Source: Myxococcota bacterium
GTDB taxonomy: Bacteria > Myxococcota > XYA12-FULL-58-9 > JABJBS01
Direction: 5' to 3'
Length of the DNA: 20,569 bases
NCBI GenBank assembly: GCA_036339465.1
Contig: JAYZAY010000082.1
Location: forward strand, 1-20,569
Shown: positions 17,841 through 20,569 of the stretch, piece by piece
How the letters are laid out: every line of letters starts with the position of its first letter
How positions within the stretch are numbered: the stretch's first letter is position 1
Program-made: the position numbers and the translations under genes
Notes under the pieces: generated by a model
Told to the model about the DNA's origin: nothing
Databases searched by the model: none
The model's input: the letters and a program-made list of their open reading frames with translations, nothing else

Positions 17841-18145
17841 CTTTAGTTGGCATATTTCTTTGTCTTTCTCGTCACTTGGGCGTCATACGCCGCCAAATCC
17901 CCCGCCTCACTTCAATCTCACCCGTGAGGTACAAGGGGACCAGTAGGACCTTTTTATTCATGTCAACCTGGAGGACTCTTTCTCGATGCGAGGTGTCTTT
18001 TCAGCAAACCTTTGCCCCTCTCCTTCATTCGTGAGTCATGATAACCAAACATAAAACTCTAATTATTTACAAGTGCTTACGCATTTCCAGACACCTGTTC
18101 CATCTTGGCGTTTTGATGCCTGTCACCGGATATCACGACATCGAT

Positions 18146-18175
18146 TTGCAAAAGATTAGCGAAAACCCATATCCT
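18146..18175 (+). promoter_or_regulatory. Candidate sigma-70 promoter of the receiver-domain gene
   Basis: TTGCAA-N18-TATCCT, about 30 nt before TTG 18207. Confidence 0.3.
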
Positions 18176-18206
18176 CATGAGTAGGGCAAACTAAAGGCGG
18201 GTAAAC

Positions 18207-20066
18207 TTGACACGTTTATGTGTATGGCTCATTGAAGACGACAAGCGTTGTATTCAAAATGTTGAATCTTGGTGTCAAGAATACGGGGCAGACCTTGTCT
18301 TGTTTAAGCATCCTGCCGACCTCTTTGGTGTTCTGGAAGACAGCTTTCAGGTGCACGACCTAGTTTTGATGGACTCTGATCCCGTAATTCATTCTGCCGA
18401 TGAGCTATGCCGATCCATCATTGATTCGGGGGAAACGGACAAGACCCTCATTTTTACTATGTGCGATACCTACAATGCCAATATTCGGGAAATGGGACGA
18501 TTGATGGGCACGGACGGATGGCTGTTGCGCCCCCTTAATAAGCAAAGCGTGCTTCAATTGTTTGAGGTGACTCAATCGGATATCAATCTTCGATTCTCGG
18601 AGCGAAAGGACGCATTGTTCGATATCAAGATGGGGAAACTCAGCATAGGATATGATGGGAAGAATATCCTGTGCTCTGGCACGATGGATGAGAATTCAAA
18701 TTTCGAGCGCGTGTTGAGCCTTCTTCCTGACGACACAGCTAACAACATCGGTATTGATTGGTCTGGGTTGCGGAACATCAATATTCAAGGGATGCTAGCT
18801 TGGCGGGACTTCGTCGAAAACTTTGATATGGCTCGACATACATTTATGTTTTTTCGATGTCCCATTATTATGCTTGAATATTATCGGTTGATGCCGGAAC
18901 TTTTTGGAGACAATGTTGAGATTGCTTCCGTACATCTCGTGGTTAGTTCCCATATCGAATCAGAATGCATTGGGGCGCTTATGGAAACGAACCAGCAGCG
19001 CTCTACGAAAGGTTCGTACCTGTCAATCCGCCCACAAACTCGAGAATTGGCTTTTGGTGATTATTTGGATTGCTTTCTCGATTTGCACAAACCTCCCGCT
19101 ACTACACACAATATGTTTTTTGAGTATCTGTTATTCTTGCATATCAATATCCGGCACACTCTATCAGAATTTTTTCTAACGCGGCATACCATTCTCGAGC
19201 AGGTCACCCAGATGGCGGCAAGATTTTCGAGTTTTGATAGGGCGGTCCGATTCTTAGGCGCGGAATGTCAATCAAAACCCGCAACCCGAGAGGAAATGAT
19301 TGACTGTGTCACTTCGGTCTACGAGCCCATTTTCTTCAACCTACTTGCCGCAGAGCGGGTTCTAAACTGCCTACAGTTCAAGATTAACCCAGATGAAAAT
19401 TGTGAATGTACGCGGCGAATGTTGACCGATCTTCTCTTTGAGTTTTCCGGGTCTGGCTTTGGGCAGGCGAGATTCTCCCTGAAAGTAAATAAAGTTGCAA
19501 AACTTGAAGCGGCATATGACCGCTCCCAGTCTCAAGCTGATCTCGATAATCTCGTGATGGCTGTTTATCGGGCGGTGTCTCAAATCATTGGGCGTCTGAC
19601 CGGCGTCATTAACGAGATTGGCGCGCACGTGATGAAGCTATTAGCAAGCTATTCAGAAGTGGAGCCCTTTGTGTTTGCAGCTGCTTCAGCATTGGAAGAG
19701 TCGGTTGGCAAAGTGGAGCCGGCGACACTGTATCAGTTTATTCATCACTCGTTGCAATGTTGGGATGGTACCGCGATGGATATGGCTAACGCGATCGACA
19801 CCGCCATGACAACGTGCTTAGACTACGAAGTCGAGATGATTCGAATTATGCACTCACTGAGCTCCCATGATGAACTGACTCAGGTTTTGGAACACCGGAT
19901 GGTCGAACTGGAACGGATTTGTGAAGGTGCAGACCGTCAAGAAATTATGGATAGAATTCGAGATAGAGCCGTAACGATTCTAGAAAAGAAAATCGTGTCC
20001 TTTGTCTTTCAAGAGTTTAAGGATGCCTTTGATGATTCTACTTCAACAGAAATGGAGCTCTTCTAA
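18207..20066 (+). CDS. Atypical response-regulator receiver + STAS-like domain + long helical C-terminal domain (putative signalling protein)
   Basis: Receiver: WLIEDD, DLVLMD, MGTDGWLLRP. STAS-like: CSGTMDE...IDWSGLRNINIQGMLAWRDFV. Helical C-terminal part ending in EMELF. TTG start with AAAGGCGGG upstream. Confidence 0.75.
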   Translation: MTRLCVWLIEDDKRCIQNVESWCQEYGADLVLFKHPADLFGVLEDSFQVHDLVLMDSDPVIHSADELCRSIIDSGETDKTLIFTMCDTYNANIREMGRLMGTDGWLLRPLNKQSVLQLFEVTQSDINLRFSERKDALFDIKMGKLSIGYDGKNILCSGTMDENSNFERVLSLLPDDTANNIGIDWSGLRNINIQGMLAWRDFVENFDMARHTFMFFRCPIIMLEYYRLMPELFGDNVEIASVHLVVSSHIESECIGALMETNQQRSTKGSYLSIRPQTRELAFGDYLDCFLDLHKPPATTHNMFFEYLLFLHINIRHTLSEFFLTRHTILEQVTQMAARFSSFDRAVRFLGAECQSKPATREEMIDCVTSVYEPIFFNLLAAERVLNCLQFKINPDENCECTRRMLTDLLFEFSGSGFGQARFSLKVNKVAKLEAAYDRSQSQADLDNLVMAVYRAVSQIIGRLTGVINEIGAHVMKLLASYSEVEPFVFAAASALEESVGKVEPATLYQFIHHSLQCWDGTAMDMANAIDTAMTTCLDYEVEMIRIMHSLSSHDELTQVLEHRMVELERICEGADRQEIMDRIRDRAVTILEKKIVSFVFQEFKDAFDDSTSTEMELF

Positions 20067-20569
20067 TTCATCTAGTGGGGCATTTACCGTGGGCAGTAGA
20101 CAAAACCGGGAATTTAGAGCTTCTGTCGCCAACTCGAGACAGCCGGTAACGAAGGTCATTACCATTGGTTGGTAGCTAAAAAGGAAGCTAAGTTACATCT
20201 GTATTGAAGATATTATCGCAAAACGCGACATCCAATCGTTCTATTCAACATACCACACTTCGAGAGATTGAGTTGATTCAGATGATTCCCAAGGGATGGG
20301 TGCGTCCAATTCCAGGTGGGAACCATAAAGAACAATTCAATTACCCAATCTCTGGAATCAAAAGGAAAAAATTCCGTTCCTCTAGATTCGGTTTGAGTTT
20401 GCCATAGGGTCCTGACATGCTCACCCTCACTTTTGGGGCCACTCTAAGATCCTTGCGTGTCTTTTGTTTCATTTTTGCGTGAGTCTCCCCCTGTCCAGAT
20501 GGTATAAATAATAGCGAGGGAAGTTGCTCCCTGTCGAATGCCGGAACCCATAGAAATCGATGGTCTAGG

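Noticed and set aside
18106..18120. Sigma-54 promoter (TTGGCG...ATGC)
   Set aside because: The GG-to-GC spacing is 9 nt rather than the required 10.
20204..20569. 67-aa + strand ORF and a minus-strand frame open from the window end to 20341
   Set aside because: Neither has recognisable motifs. The minus frame could be the tail of a gene outside the window, but this cannot be supported.

Overview
All ten credible genes lie on the + strand, in a window that looks mostly like Myxococcota/deltaproteobacterial DNA (inferred from protein families). In order: a cNMP-binding GGDEF diguanylate cyclase; a eukaryote-like F-box/LRR protein; a three-gene cluster (TPR-like membrane protein, Ser/Thr kinase with PEGA-like domains, and a 1873-aa lipoprotein with 13 myxobacterial Cys-rich repeats plus NHL propellers); an ABM-family protein; a phospholipase D; pyrC; a low-GC 4-hydroxybutyryl-CoA dehydratase resembling the thaumarchaeal enzyme; and an atypical receiver/STAS-like/helical signalling protein. 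Two observations stand out. (1) The F-box/LRR and PLD genes, 11 kb apart, share an identically spaced promoter-like motif, GCAAC-N14-G(A/C)CGATAA (sigma-28-like), and both have MPxI-initiated Pro/Thr-rich N-termini, suggesting a co-regulated set of secreted effectors. (2) The apparently archaeal hcd/abfD gene sits in bacterial DNA, through either horizontal transfer or a chimeric assembly. No database searches were run, so family calls rest on motif recognition.
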